Source: Camelus dromedarius
Taxonomy: Eukaryota
Assembly: GCF_036321535.1 (NCBI RefSeq)
Contig: NC_087439.1
Coordinates: 40,982,001-41,046,000 of the forward strand
DNA: 64,000 nt
Direction: 5' to 3'
Numbering within the stretch: the stretch's first letter is position 1; each line of letters starts with the position of its first letter. Shown one piece after another: positions 13,331-23,993 of the stretch. Below the pieces are notes generated by a model. It was not told the DNA's origin, ran no database searches, and worked only from the letters and a program-made list of their open reading frames with translations. A program made the position numbers and the translations under genes.

Positions 13331-14452
13331 GGGATGCCTCGAGAGGCATGAATTCCTGTGAGCATGCACATGTGCGTGTACACACACACACACTCACTCA
13401 CAATAACACACAGAACCACAGCCTGTTAAGAACTTCTGCAATGAATAAATTTTTTAAAAAGTTCCTCAGCTTCTCCAGGAAAAAAACAAATACTTCCAGG
13501 TCCTATTAAACAATGCAGAACTATCCAGATGTCCAGATCAAAGGAAACAATAATTAGAAAATTATATAAAGATGTCTAGTTTGCCAAAGGCAACACACTA
13601 AAAAAAAAAAAAAAAAAAAAGATTAGTACTTAACATGGAGGCATTACCTGGTCATAGAGCAGAGGGTGAGAGTGAAAAGAAATGGCTTTTAGTGAGGTCA
13701 CTGGTAGCAAGGCCTAGAATTAAGAAGCAGACTATCAGAAAGATAACGCAGACCCTTCAGGATTCAAACACAAGGGACATTTACTGGAATAGACTGGATG
13801 AAGTCATCGGGAATAAAGGCTTGTCAGCAGGGGCTAAGATTTATTTCTATATAAGAAAAAGACAGACTTTGGTAGCCACTCAAGAGTATAATAATTTATA
13901 CTCTTACAGTGCAGTTTTATGGTTGTTAAAAACATAAAACAACCCCAAAAGTGCTACCTTTCAAATGACTTACTATGAAGAAATGCAAAGTAGTTTTGCT
14001 TACAAAATGAAGTCTTTGAGACCCTAACTTGGTCTCCGCTTATCTCACTCAGCTCCAGCCTCTGTCTCTTGCTCCTGCCCAGGCAAGTCGCAGTCTTCCC
14101 ACTCCCTCATCTTTCAACAGGGTTCCTCTGCCCTGACTAATGCAATCCCACACGGTTTTTAAGATTGAACCCAACTACTACGCAGTTGCCCTGGAAAACT
14201 CTATAGTAACTGATTCTATAATTTGAAAAAAAAAAATTATCCTCCTGATTTGTATGATGAGATTTTATACCACAACCATTAGATAAGAAAGTCAATAGAA
14301 ATAATAAGACAGCTTAATAGATGATTTTCCAAGTAGCTACTGAGTTTCAGTATTTTTGGTGGGGGGGACTTCATTTTTATCTAATCCAGTTGCTATTTAC
14401 TTTCTAAAGATGCATATGATAGTTTATACATTACCATTAAAAACTACAGTTA

Positions 14453-14535
14453 GGGGGAAGGGTGTAGCTCAGTGGTAGAGCTTGCGCTTAGCATGTACAA
14501 GGTCCTAGGTTCAATCCTCAGTACCTCCATTAAAA

Positions 14536-14574
<39 letters not shown>

Positions 14575-14625
14575 CCCCCTCAAAAAAACCCAAAAACAAA
14601 TAAAATGCATGTGAAAATATTTTTA
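14453..14625 (+). mobile_element. tRNA-Ala-derived camelid SINE (Vic-1 type)
   Basis: GGGGGAAGGGTGTAGCTCAGTGGTAGAGC...TTAGCAT...GGTTCAATCCTCAGTACCTCCA with A and B boxes, then an A/TA tail and attaccccct. A 14-bp TSD: aaaaactacagtta (14439-14452) / aaaaactatactta (14626-14639). Confidence 0.88.
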
Positions 14626-15612
14626 AAAAACTATACTTAAAATTTTTCTAAGGTTAAGGAAGTACAGAAATGTTTATTAATTGGTAAGGAAAGGTTAATT
14701 TACTTGAACATTGAATTTACTAAGCTTCCAAGGGGGAGATAAAATCCTTCAACTAGATACAAGAAAACTTCTCAGTGTCTCAAATATCTCAAAATAAAAT
14801 TTGCTCTCAAAGCTATTTAAATCATTTGTCTGATTGCAAGCAACAAAGTATATGGTCTTATGTTCACTTATATTTACTTAAACTTTACTTATAATTCACA
14901 TGAATAAAGCAAGGAATAGACAGACTTTACAGGCATGAAAAGTTGTTTGCAAATGGATTTCTACAAAACAGCATGTCCAGGAAAATTTGGGATTAAAGAG
15001 AAGCAACAGTAAGAATGTTTGGGGGAAAAGGTCCACCTAGAACAGCACCTTGAACATAAGAGTACATGATAGTAACTGCAATATATTCAAAATAAAAAGA
15101 CTTTTTTTTTTTTTTTTTTTTTTACTATAAAGTATCTATGTACCAGGCAGGCACAAGGATTTTCTCGCCTGAGAATCTCAGAGTCAGGCCAAGAAGACCT
15201 GACTATATCTAATAGTTAGAAACGCAATGTAAAGATTGTGTTGCTGTTTAAAAAAAAAAAAAAAGTGGTATTCAAAAATAAGTATTTTCATTCCTAATAC
15301 ATGCATCAAGCAAGAACCTCTGGTTGGGCTAATAAACTAAGACTTCAAGGTTTATGGACGATTTATTTGCTTGTATATAAACAGACATATTTATTCTTAA
15401 AATGGATGTATTTATTCTTTACTGCACTGAAGAACTCTACCTATATAATCTGTCCACAGTACCAATTTATTAGTAACTAGTTATTCATCTTATTACATAT
15501 TAGTAACTGTTACTAACCTTATTAGCAGCCTGTGTGGAAAAGTTAGGTAAGAGGAAAAACAGATGGTCCCCTGCCCCATACTAAAAACACAAAACAAAAC
15601 AAATTTACACAC

Positions 15613-15849
15613 CTCATCTGTTTCATCCATACTCGAGGATTTCATCAGACACGAGGCTGGCCTCTCCTGGATGTGAGCGAGGTCCTGGGGGGCGCTCTGG
15701 GACCCTGGCATTGGAGGCAATGGAGCGCGCCTCTTCTTGGGTGCGTCCGATGGCAGTGTGTTTGAAATATACTGCTTGGAAATGGTATTGTACCTTGTAA
15801 AAGCTGGACGATGCTTGCTTACTAAGGGAGTTGCAGGGGCACTTGCAGT
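15613..15849 (-). CDS. COBLL1: COBLL1 coding exon (237 nt, phase 0/0): [79 protein letters not shown]
   Basis: Acceptor tttttcattag|ACT and donor GAG|gtgtgt. The 3' part is in ORF 15493..15720. Contains the KRRAPLPP motif. Confidence 0.96.
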
Positions 15850-15961
15850 CTAATGAAAAATTAAAAGGCAAAATCGACAGGTAATTTCAAGAGAAAAAAA
15901 TACATGCAATTAAAAACAGATTAGAAGAATCTTCTAAAATGCTATATAAGAAAATACGTAC

Positions 15962-16059
15962 CTGCTCCCGCTTTTTCTTACTGCGTTGAAAAAAGCTGAA
16001 AAACCCTTTATTTTCCTTATCCTTCATAATGTCTAGGTTTTGTGATATTTGGCAGGACT
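15962..16059 (-). CDS. COBLL1: COBLL1 coding exon (98 nt, phase 1/0): [33 protein letters not shown]
   Basis: Acceptor cttctatttttag|AG and donor CAG|gtacgt. Too short for the ORF track; translated by hand. Confidence 0.95.
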
Positions 16060-16149
16060 CTAAAAATAGAAGAAAAGCACCTTACTTTTGTACACGGAGT
16101 TGTATGTTCACCTCCAAGGTTTCTCTCAATTACTTTCCCTTCATTACTT

Positions 16150-16395
16150 CATCTAATGCTAAAAGCAACTCATTATGGTTTACTATGAACCATGCACTCT
16201 GCTAGGCATCTTATATCTTATCTAATTCTCAAAGCAATAAGGAAATTTAATATTATTGTTCCTATCCCAGAGCAGAGGAAACTGAAGCTTACAGAAACTA
16301 AGATACATAGGCCAACAGTCAGGAAATGACACGGGTAGGACATAAACCTAGTTCTTTGTGACTCAGAGCCTGTGTTCCCTACACAATTACCAACA
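16150..16395 (-). mobile_element. MIR SINE
   Basis: Antisense MIR core: gcactctgctaggc...cagaggaaactgaagcttacaga...gtgactcagagcc. Confidence 0.7.
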
Positions 16396-16588
16396 TTTCA
16401 GAGGTAAAAAGGACTTTCTAATTAAATGAGATATAAAGTTGCTATCATACAGTTTGTCCCTTTGTTTATTTTGACTTATAATTTTTCTCAGAGCTAAACT
16501 ATTATGAAATATTTAATTCTCCAAAACATGATTCATTATAATTACTCGGCGCACTGTTAAACGTTTAAAAAACATGATTTCTTTAATC

Positions 16589-16826
16589 CAGTGGTTCTCA
16601 ACTGGGGATGATTTTGCATCCACCCCTGGCCCCCTAGAGGACATTTAAAATGTCTGGGGACAATTTTGCTTGTTACAGTTGAGGGGAGGGTGAAGAGAAT
16701 GTGCTACTGGCAACTACTGGGTAAAGGCTAGTGATGCTGCTGAAAGCGCTACAGTGTGCAAGACAGCCCCTCCACAACAAAGAACCAGCTGGCCCCAAAT
16801 GTCAATAGTGCTAAGATTAAACCACA
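16589..16826 (+). mobile_element. MER20 (hAT-Charlie non-autonomous DNA transposon)
   Basis: cagtggttctcaactgggg...gattttgc...ggacattt...aatgtctgg...caacaaagaa...ggccccaaatgtcaatagtgc matches the MER20 consensus as recalled. Confidence 0.85.
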
Positions 16827-16899
16827 TTTCTATCAGAAAGGCAAACACCCAACCTCAAGGCTGTACACATAATACTTCATTTTTAAAGAAGTATTTCCT

Positions 16900-17660
16900 A
16901 ATGTCCACTAAAAGAGATTACAAATCCAGCAGTGCTGAGTCATCCTGGCCCAGACTGCCTCTAAATACTATTTCCCACTCAAAGGAACCATTTCAGGAGC
17001 CAATCTGATATGGCTTCTCTTGGCTGAAGTCAGGACAATTTGGGCATCATAAGAATAATTCAATAAATTGAATCAGGGCACATATGTTTAACTCCATGAA
17101 TTCATACTAAAACTAAAAAGATAACTGATCCTCATTGCCAATTATTGAAAAAACTGAGTAAGAGAAAGAATCACACTTTTATCCTGCCTTTTCTGATGGA
17201 TTCTATCTACGGAAACAAAACAGCTGACATAGAGAAATTTGCTTTTTAAAGAAATATCTCAATTAATAATTAAAGGAATATTTGCAACAGATTATAATTA
17301 TTTTCCAACTCCTAATTAACTAAGATAGAGCTAATGATTACTGATGGACAACATCAAAAAAAGATACCTTGTAATTACATGTCTGTTAATGGAAGAACAC
17401 AATACCACCTGTGAAGTATTCTTGCCAAAAATATCTCACCCAACTCTGATCAAGTCTCTAGATTTAAGAATCAATTTGCCAGAAATAGCATAAAGAAACA
17501 CAGTAAGCGGGACCACGGGTGCAATCAGCAAAATTCTGAACGTGGGGAACACTATAAGACAAACAACCTGGTTTCTTCAACAAATAAGTCACAAATTTAA
17601 AAAAGAGAGAGAGAAAGAAACACACACAATGAGTGGGGATCTGTACATTTTAAAAACATT
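16900..17660 (+). mobile_element. Old L1M (L1MC/MD-type) 3' UTR fragment
   Basis: gaacacaataccacctgtgaagtattcttgccaaaa...tgatcaagtctctagat...caacctggtttcttcaacaaataa. Confidence 0.6.
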
Positions 17661-18049
17661 TCACCTATGAAACACATGGGTTTTACAGTAAACCACAATA
17701 TGATTTCAGTGACTCTTGAAACAAAGTACTGTACACTGAAATCTGTGGGATGGATCTATAGCAGAACTTAGAGCTCAATGTATACTCTTAAATACATACC
17801 CCTTTCTTAGGAGTAAATGTATAGTCTATCTATTTAAAAGAAATGTTAAGAAGAATAAATAAATTATGACAAAGTAGGGGCTAGTCGAGGGAAGCAAAAT
17901 TGATGCCAATAAATATATTAACACAATGTGTCTCAATAAGACATTAAAAGAGAACCATATTTCACAAATTCAAACTTCATAAATCTGGTGCTTCAAATAC
18001 TAAATAAGCAATATGAATTCCGTACAGTGAGCTAACTGACAATTAACAA

Positions 18050-18330
18050 CTAGTAATAATAGACCTGTGGACAGTAGTTTATGGTAAAAGATTTTTTCAC
18101 ATGCCTAATTCATTTCTTAGAACAATCCTGAGAGGTAGATGTTACAAGTTGTTATTCTGAGCTCTTTTTCAAAGTTTGGGAATATCAAGAAATAAAAGCA
18201 GATGGCATCACCTCATTATGTGTCTCAGTCCTTGGTGATGGTGACCAAAGTGTTTGAGTAACTTACATCAAGACGCACAGACGTTAAATGGTAGAACTGA
18301 ACCCAGTATCCATTTAAAGATGATGTATAA
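18050..18330 (-). mobile_element. MIR SINE (interrupted)
   Basis: aacaatcctgagaggtagat...agtaacttacatcaagacgcacag...ggtagaactgaacccag. Confidence 0.55.
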
Positions 18331-20245
18331 CACCTCTAACTTATTCTTTTCTCTCTTTTTTTAAAAGAAATGCTACTATTTCGTTTTAAGATAGACACCT
18401 CCACTAATCGAATGTAGATATACAATTAAATTTAGTTGGAATAGTAGATAGAAAATTCATATGGTGGTGCAGTGCAGTAACTATAGGCAGAGTATTCACG
18501 TATTTATTTTTGGTAAAGCAATTTCCAGGCACCCAGGCATCTCCTATACTAGTTAACTCCTTCTTCACTTAAAGCTCAACTTCATGGATTACTACAAGTC
18601 AGAGTTAAACACTAAGACAAAGACTTGAGCTTACTTAGAAAAGCAACTCAAATATTGTAGTTTCCTGTTTCCCGAAGGGAGGCTGTAAATTACACACGAA
18701 GTTCTAAGCCTTCTGATAACATCAGACAAAATAAGGAGACAGGAGCATTTACAACATTTGGATTGACCTTGTAGATTCTGACACTGTAAAAGGAAATTTT
18801 TTTTAAATTTCCCATTCCAGTCTCTTCATATTATGTTCACAACATGTAATACTCTGCATAAACCATATACTTTTTTTATCTGGAAGGGATATTAGAAATC
18901 AGTGCATTCAGCACCTTCACAGTAAGGCCAGTACCAGTAAGTTATGGAATTTGCTCTAGGTTATGTATGTACGGAGTGGCAAAGTTAGAAGCAAAAACCA
19001 AGTACAAGTAACAAAATGTTGTTGCTGGAAAGAATCAGAAAACACTTTTCCCCACCTCTTTATTATTATAGAAGTGGACGGTGAGCTCCAGACAGACAAA
19101 GCCCTTTGTCCTATCAGCTTGCCAAGTGAGCTTGACAGCTAATGCTGTATAAGAATTACAATGCCTATCTTCTGGTTATTAGCCAGTGCACACTTTAATA
19201 TATCAAAAGAATTTTCAGCTCCTTTGATGAGGCTCATCTTCATGATATCCACCAAAAATAAATAGTCACACTATTACTTATTCTTGGCTTAATTCTTGGA
19301 TTTGAGAGGTTCATTATGTTACGGAAAAATGAGAAGAGGTAAAGAAGGAAGATTCCAATAATCCAAGAACACATAATGAGTAAAGTTTATTACTTTTTTT
19401 TGTAGGGTGGTAATTATCATAGTAATCAATTACCTGTGCCTGTGCTTTTTTAATGGGAAAACAGACTTCCAGACTCTATTATTATTGGCTAATTTTTAAT
19501 AAAATTTTCATCTATGAAAGTAATACATTTCCAATATAAAATTCTATCCTATAAAGAAAAGAATGAAAAAAGCCACCCATATAAAAATAATAATTAAATA
19601 ATTAATTAATTTTTAAAAAGCCACCCATAGCCCTACCACCCAAAGGCATCCACTATTAAAATTCTTCTATATCTCTTTTCAGAAATTTCATGTAAAAGTT
19701 TTTTCAACACACTGTATGAAACATTTAAATGCTTCAGCAGCTGATTTTAGCATAAGCACTTTCCATGTTATTACAAAATATTCACAATTTAATGACTGCA
19801 AAAATCTCCCATGATAATAATACTCTGATTATTATGAATACTTGTTTCAATGAAAATAATCTGAGACCCTTCCATGGAACCACCAAACTGTAAGCATTTA
19901 TACCCAATAAAGATTCTAGCAAAATCATTTTTACTTGTCTGAGAGTCAAGATATGTTTCTCACATTCTTAAGACAATATTGATTTCAAACAATTATTGAA
20001 ATGTATTAATTGTATTAAATTCAGAAGTCAAGGTAGAGAGCTTATAAACTCTTTTTTGGGGACATAAAAACCAAGGACTTTCTAAGTTAAAGTCTCTTAT
20101 GGAATATACATAATAGTAATGTTAAGAAAACAAGTAAAATTAGAAGCTTATTTTCAATTTACCCAATAGAAACAATGATTTCATATTATAATTTGTTTCT
20201 ACTTATTTCACATTATAATTTGTTCTGTTGTTTCATATGTCTTAC

Positions 20246-20284
20246 CTTGTAAAGATGAGTTATTGAAGGTAGTAACAGAAGTGG
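20246..20284 (-). CDS. COBLL1: COBLL1 alternative cassette exon (39 nt, phase 1/1): ATSVTTFNNSSLQ
   Basis: Acceptor cttttaccccctccttccatag|CC and donor CAAG|gtaaga. Symmetric phase 1, open frame, and it fits between the 229-nt and 98-nt exons. It resembles the ATSV...SSLQ insert I recall from long COBLL1 isoforms (unverified). Confidence 0.82.
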
Positions 20285-21095
20285 CTATGGAAGGAGGGGG
20301 TAAAAGAGGTTAAACTGACTGTAAAGATAATGTTTGTTCAAGTATAAAACATCACTGAGTTGAAACAGTTGTCTATGGATTATATAAAGCCACAATCTCA
20401 GAATAGTTTGAAGTTCTCTATACACAAAGGACGTAATCATTTTTCACTAAACTTTTATTTCTCCTATTAAAACAGATTTGTGTTGAACAAATAAACTTGC
20501 ATTTATCTATAAGAATCACTGTAAGAAACCAGTACTATATAAGGTCTATAAATTTTAATACATTGTTATTTTTATAGATTAGTACTCCAAGCTATTTCTT
20601 TTTAGAAAAATTTTCAAATTAGACTGATTTATAAGGCAGTTGATTTTGGATACGGAACTAAGAAAAAGATTTGTTGAAAAATTTCCAAGTTTGAAAGATA
20701 ATAAGATTCAAACAAAACCACGGTGAGTGTATCATAGTTCACACTTCATCAGAACAGTGATGAATTTACATGTAAATTTTAATATTCTGTTTAAATCTCA
20801 AAGCCACAAAGAATTAAGTTAAATTACAGCCCAAAATATTCATAGGTAGATGGAAAATGTAAAATGTGGATCTCAGCTAAGAAGGATAAGTTTTTATTCC
20901 AATTTTAATAACTGAACTCAAGTTAAATTTTATTACATTTAGTTTTCTCATCTTATTCCCAATGACACATATTGACTTCTAGCTATTGGATCCATATATG
21001 TGCCATTATGAATTTGAAAACACTCATACATAAACACAAAACATGCACATATATGCACATCCTGTCAAATGAGTAACATGAAAAGTCTTACTTAC

Positions 21096-21324
21096 CTCTG
21101 CTGACATCCATGGCATATAATTCTCTTAGTCCCAGGTCATTAAGAGATTTTGTCAAGTCAAGGGGCTCCTGAGACTGATAATCCTTCAACAACAGTGTAT
21201 GTGATGGATCAAACTCACATTTGCTGCATATAATGGGGACAAGTTCTTGAAGTGGTGCATGTGGGCTAACTCTCACTATTGTCTTCTGCGTTTTTTTAAA
21301 ATTGATCACTACTCTCACAGTTTT
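21096..21324 (-). CDS. COBLL1: COBLL1 coding exon (229 nt, phase 0/1): [76 protein letters not shown] (Cobl-homology / ubiquitin-like domain)
   Basis: Acceptor gtgtttcag|AAA and donor AGAG|gtaagt. Lies inside ORF 21088..21333. Confidence 0.96.
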
Positions 21325-22616
21325 CTGAAACACAGATAAAAGCCATAGTTATACCATAAGTCACTGAAACCAACTTTCTACAATGGTGTCTAGAATAATG
21401 AGATACTCTACAATTATATATTCATATTAAAAAAACAGTATTTTCTATTTTGGTATAAGATTTTCTTTTTGATTAATGTTACTTCCTAAATCCAAACCAG
21501 ATTCTTGGAGTTTGCTTATTAAATAATTTAGATTAAATTCATGACTCTTGTAAAGTATTGAGTAGATTTAAATCCAAAAAGAAATATAAAAGCCTCATAT
21601 CTAGCACAAAAAATAGATGTTTTTGCTTTATCCCTTAAAATATTTACTTAAAATTAGCAAACATACTTAATAATACAGAATTATACATGTTTTATTCTAT
21701 TTTTAAGTTGAGGAATATTTATCTTTCTAATGGTTTGTCAGTTCTCAATGGAAAAAGGACTATTTTGTTTAAAACACTTAATTTTTTGTTAATATACTAG
21801 TAAACAATATTAAAATATTCCTTACTTAGACCTTGAATCCTACTAATTTAAAATTATTTGAGATGAATTTAAGCATCTCAACATGTTGTTGTGATTGAAT
21901 TAAATCCTGTATGTAAATAGAGTTTAGGAACATGTGACTATGCTAAGTAAAACCTACAGACTGCAAATCCTCAGCATATATTCATAAAACTAAAACACCA
22001 TATATAATCTCATGCTGTAGCATAAATAATACTATTTTGATCTAGATAAATAATAGCATACATCTTGAGAGAAAATAGCCCTATACCCCAGTTAATATTT
22101 AATATTCAATCACATTTTGTAGAAAGCAAACATGTTTTAGTATTGTTAAAAAAAAAAAGCTAACCTTTTGTAAAAAAGCTTCAGAAGAATATAAAGAAAA
22201 TGTGAGAATATATGTACTCATACATAAATGAACTAATTCAATATATAAAGCTTTACATATTTTCTGGAGTTAAAAATGGTTGATACTGTTCCTAATGAAA
22301 GAGCATCTCTAGAAACCCATAAACTTCTATCCCTGTTGCTTATAGAAATCGATAAGATTTTATAAATAAAGGAGAATTGAAGATATTAGAATCACTATGG
22401 TTAAAATTTTTTGCTTAAAATTCACACATTACAGAAAACTGAGCCATTGTGTAACTCAAATTAACAATAATTTAGAAGTTAGTGAGTTACAACCACCACT
22501 TACTAAGTAGAGACGGCAAAAATTTATTTGAATAAACTCTTAAAGGAATTTTATTAAAAGATTATAAAACCTTTTTAAAAATAAATATATTTTTAAAGTA
22601 ACTTAAAATACAGATC

Positions 22617-22669
22617 TTTGACACAACATTGTAAAATGATTATAAATCAATAAAAAATGTTAAAAAAAA
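22617..22669 (+). mobile_element. 53-nt L1 3'-terminal micro-insertion with a 13-bp TSD
   Basis: tttgacacaacattgtaaaatgattataaatcaataaaaaatgttaaaaaaaa, flanked by taaaatacagatc (22604-22616 and 22670-22682). It matches the end of the L1 at 58638-59070. Confidence 0.85.
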
Positions 22670-22951
22670 TAAAATACAGATCATTCATAATTGTCAGATC
22701 CTGATACTGTCATACAGATCATTTTAGAGCATCTAAAAATCTATATTCCTCAAATTCTAGTTAAATTCAAGGATAAATAACCAAGTGAATCCTAAACAAA
22801 GTGGCCCAGGAAAACATGATAACCACATTCACATCAAATTTGACAAGGAAAGGCAATTTTTGTTTCATTTACAATGAGCTGCAGATAATGACTAAAAAAT
22901 CAGCTTAGTATTTTAGTCATAAGATATTAAAATCTACAGTGAGAATCTTAC

Positions 22952-23153
22952 CTCTGGTATTAAAGGTGTAGGTTTTTTCTTATCCAAAATTTTTGGCTTT
23001 AAAATTACTTTCTCCACCTCCAACATTCCTATTGGTGTGTTTGGCTTAAATTTAATGGGGTTGTTTTCAGCTGATAGCAGATCAATTGTGTGACTTGATG
23101 GATTTAAGTGATACTGTGCACAGAGGAATACCAGCAAGTCCATCATAGGTTTA
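22952..23153 (-). CDS. COBLL1: COBLL1 coding exon (202 nt, phase 2/0): [68 protein letters not shown]
   Basis: Acceptor tgttttacag|T and donor GAG|gtaaga. AG+T from the previous exon restores Ser. Lies inside ORF 22934..23164. Confidence 0.96.
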
Positions 23154-23768
23154 CTGTAAAACAAGAGTAATGCTGATCATAGAACAATGTCATTAACTGT
23201 CAAAGTCACCGTTTCAAACATTTTTCTTAGGACCTCTTTTCAGTAGATAAAACAAAGCTACAAAATACTATTTGTGAAAGCAGCTTAAAAATCTAACTAC
23301 AAGATATTTAAGCAGACAAAATTATAATAGTTTAGAAATTCTGAATAGTAGTCAAGAGAGCTTGGATCCCTGTGTTGGTTTAAATATTACATATATTTTA
23401 TCTGCTAAATTGTCTTCATATTATAGATTTCAGGGAAGGAAAAGCCCTTTCCTTACCCAAAAACTGTCACTTAGATTAGCAGATGCTCCTTTATAGTATC
23501 ATTTGGAATATGAGAAGTCTTCAGCTTGTGAACTAGTAATATTCCAAAGTTCCCATAAGAATGAAGCATTAAGAACCACCACCACCCTTTGGGCTTTAGA
23601 CAGCTTAGACAGTATCTACGTGAGGAAGTCCACAAAATCCTAAAGAAGAGTGTCCTACAGATGTCTTAATTCATTCGAGCAGCATTTAATATTTTCTGTG
23701 CATTGCCAGTACAAGTGTTCTGGCATACCTTCTCTCAGAGATCTAACACTCTGCTCGACGGACTAGAC

Positions 23769-23993
23769 CAAGTGTCCGCAAACTATGGTCTGCAGGTCAA
23801 GGTGGGCCCACAGCCTGTGTTTGTAAATAAAGTTTTATTGGCACACAGCCATGCTCATTTGTTTACATAGCACCTAGGGCTGCTTTTGTGTTACAACGGC
23901 AGATTTGAGTAGACGTGACCGAGACTGTGTGGCCCGCAAAGCCGAATACTTTTTACTATCTGGTTCTAGACAGAGAAAGTTTATGGACTCCTG
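23769..23993 (+). mobile_element. MER58A (hAT-Charlie)
   Basis: caagtgtccgcaaactatgg...gtaaataaagttttattggcacacagccatgctcatttgtttac...aaagtttatggactcctg. 8-bp TSD gactagac/tgctagac. Confidence 0.88.

Noticed and set aside
14453-14529. tRNA-Ala(AGC) gene
   Set aside because: The anticodon stem is mismatched, the G-rich 5' end is not tRNA-like, and an A/TA tail plus a TSD mark it as a SINE.
1-15612. The next COBLL1 exon (expected to carry a third KRKAPSPP-type motif)
   Set aside because: No matching sequence was found by eye, including 8160-8600 and 3639-3896; it probably lies beyond the left edge.
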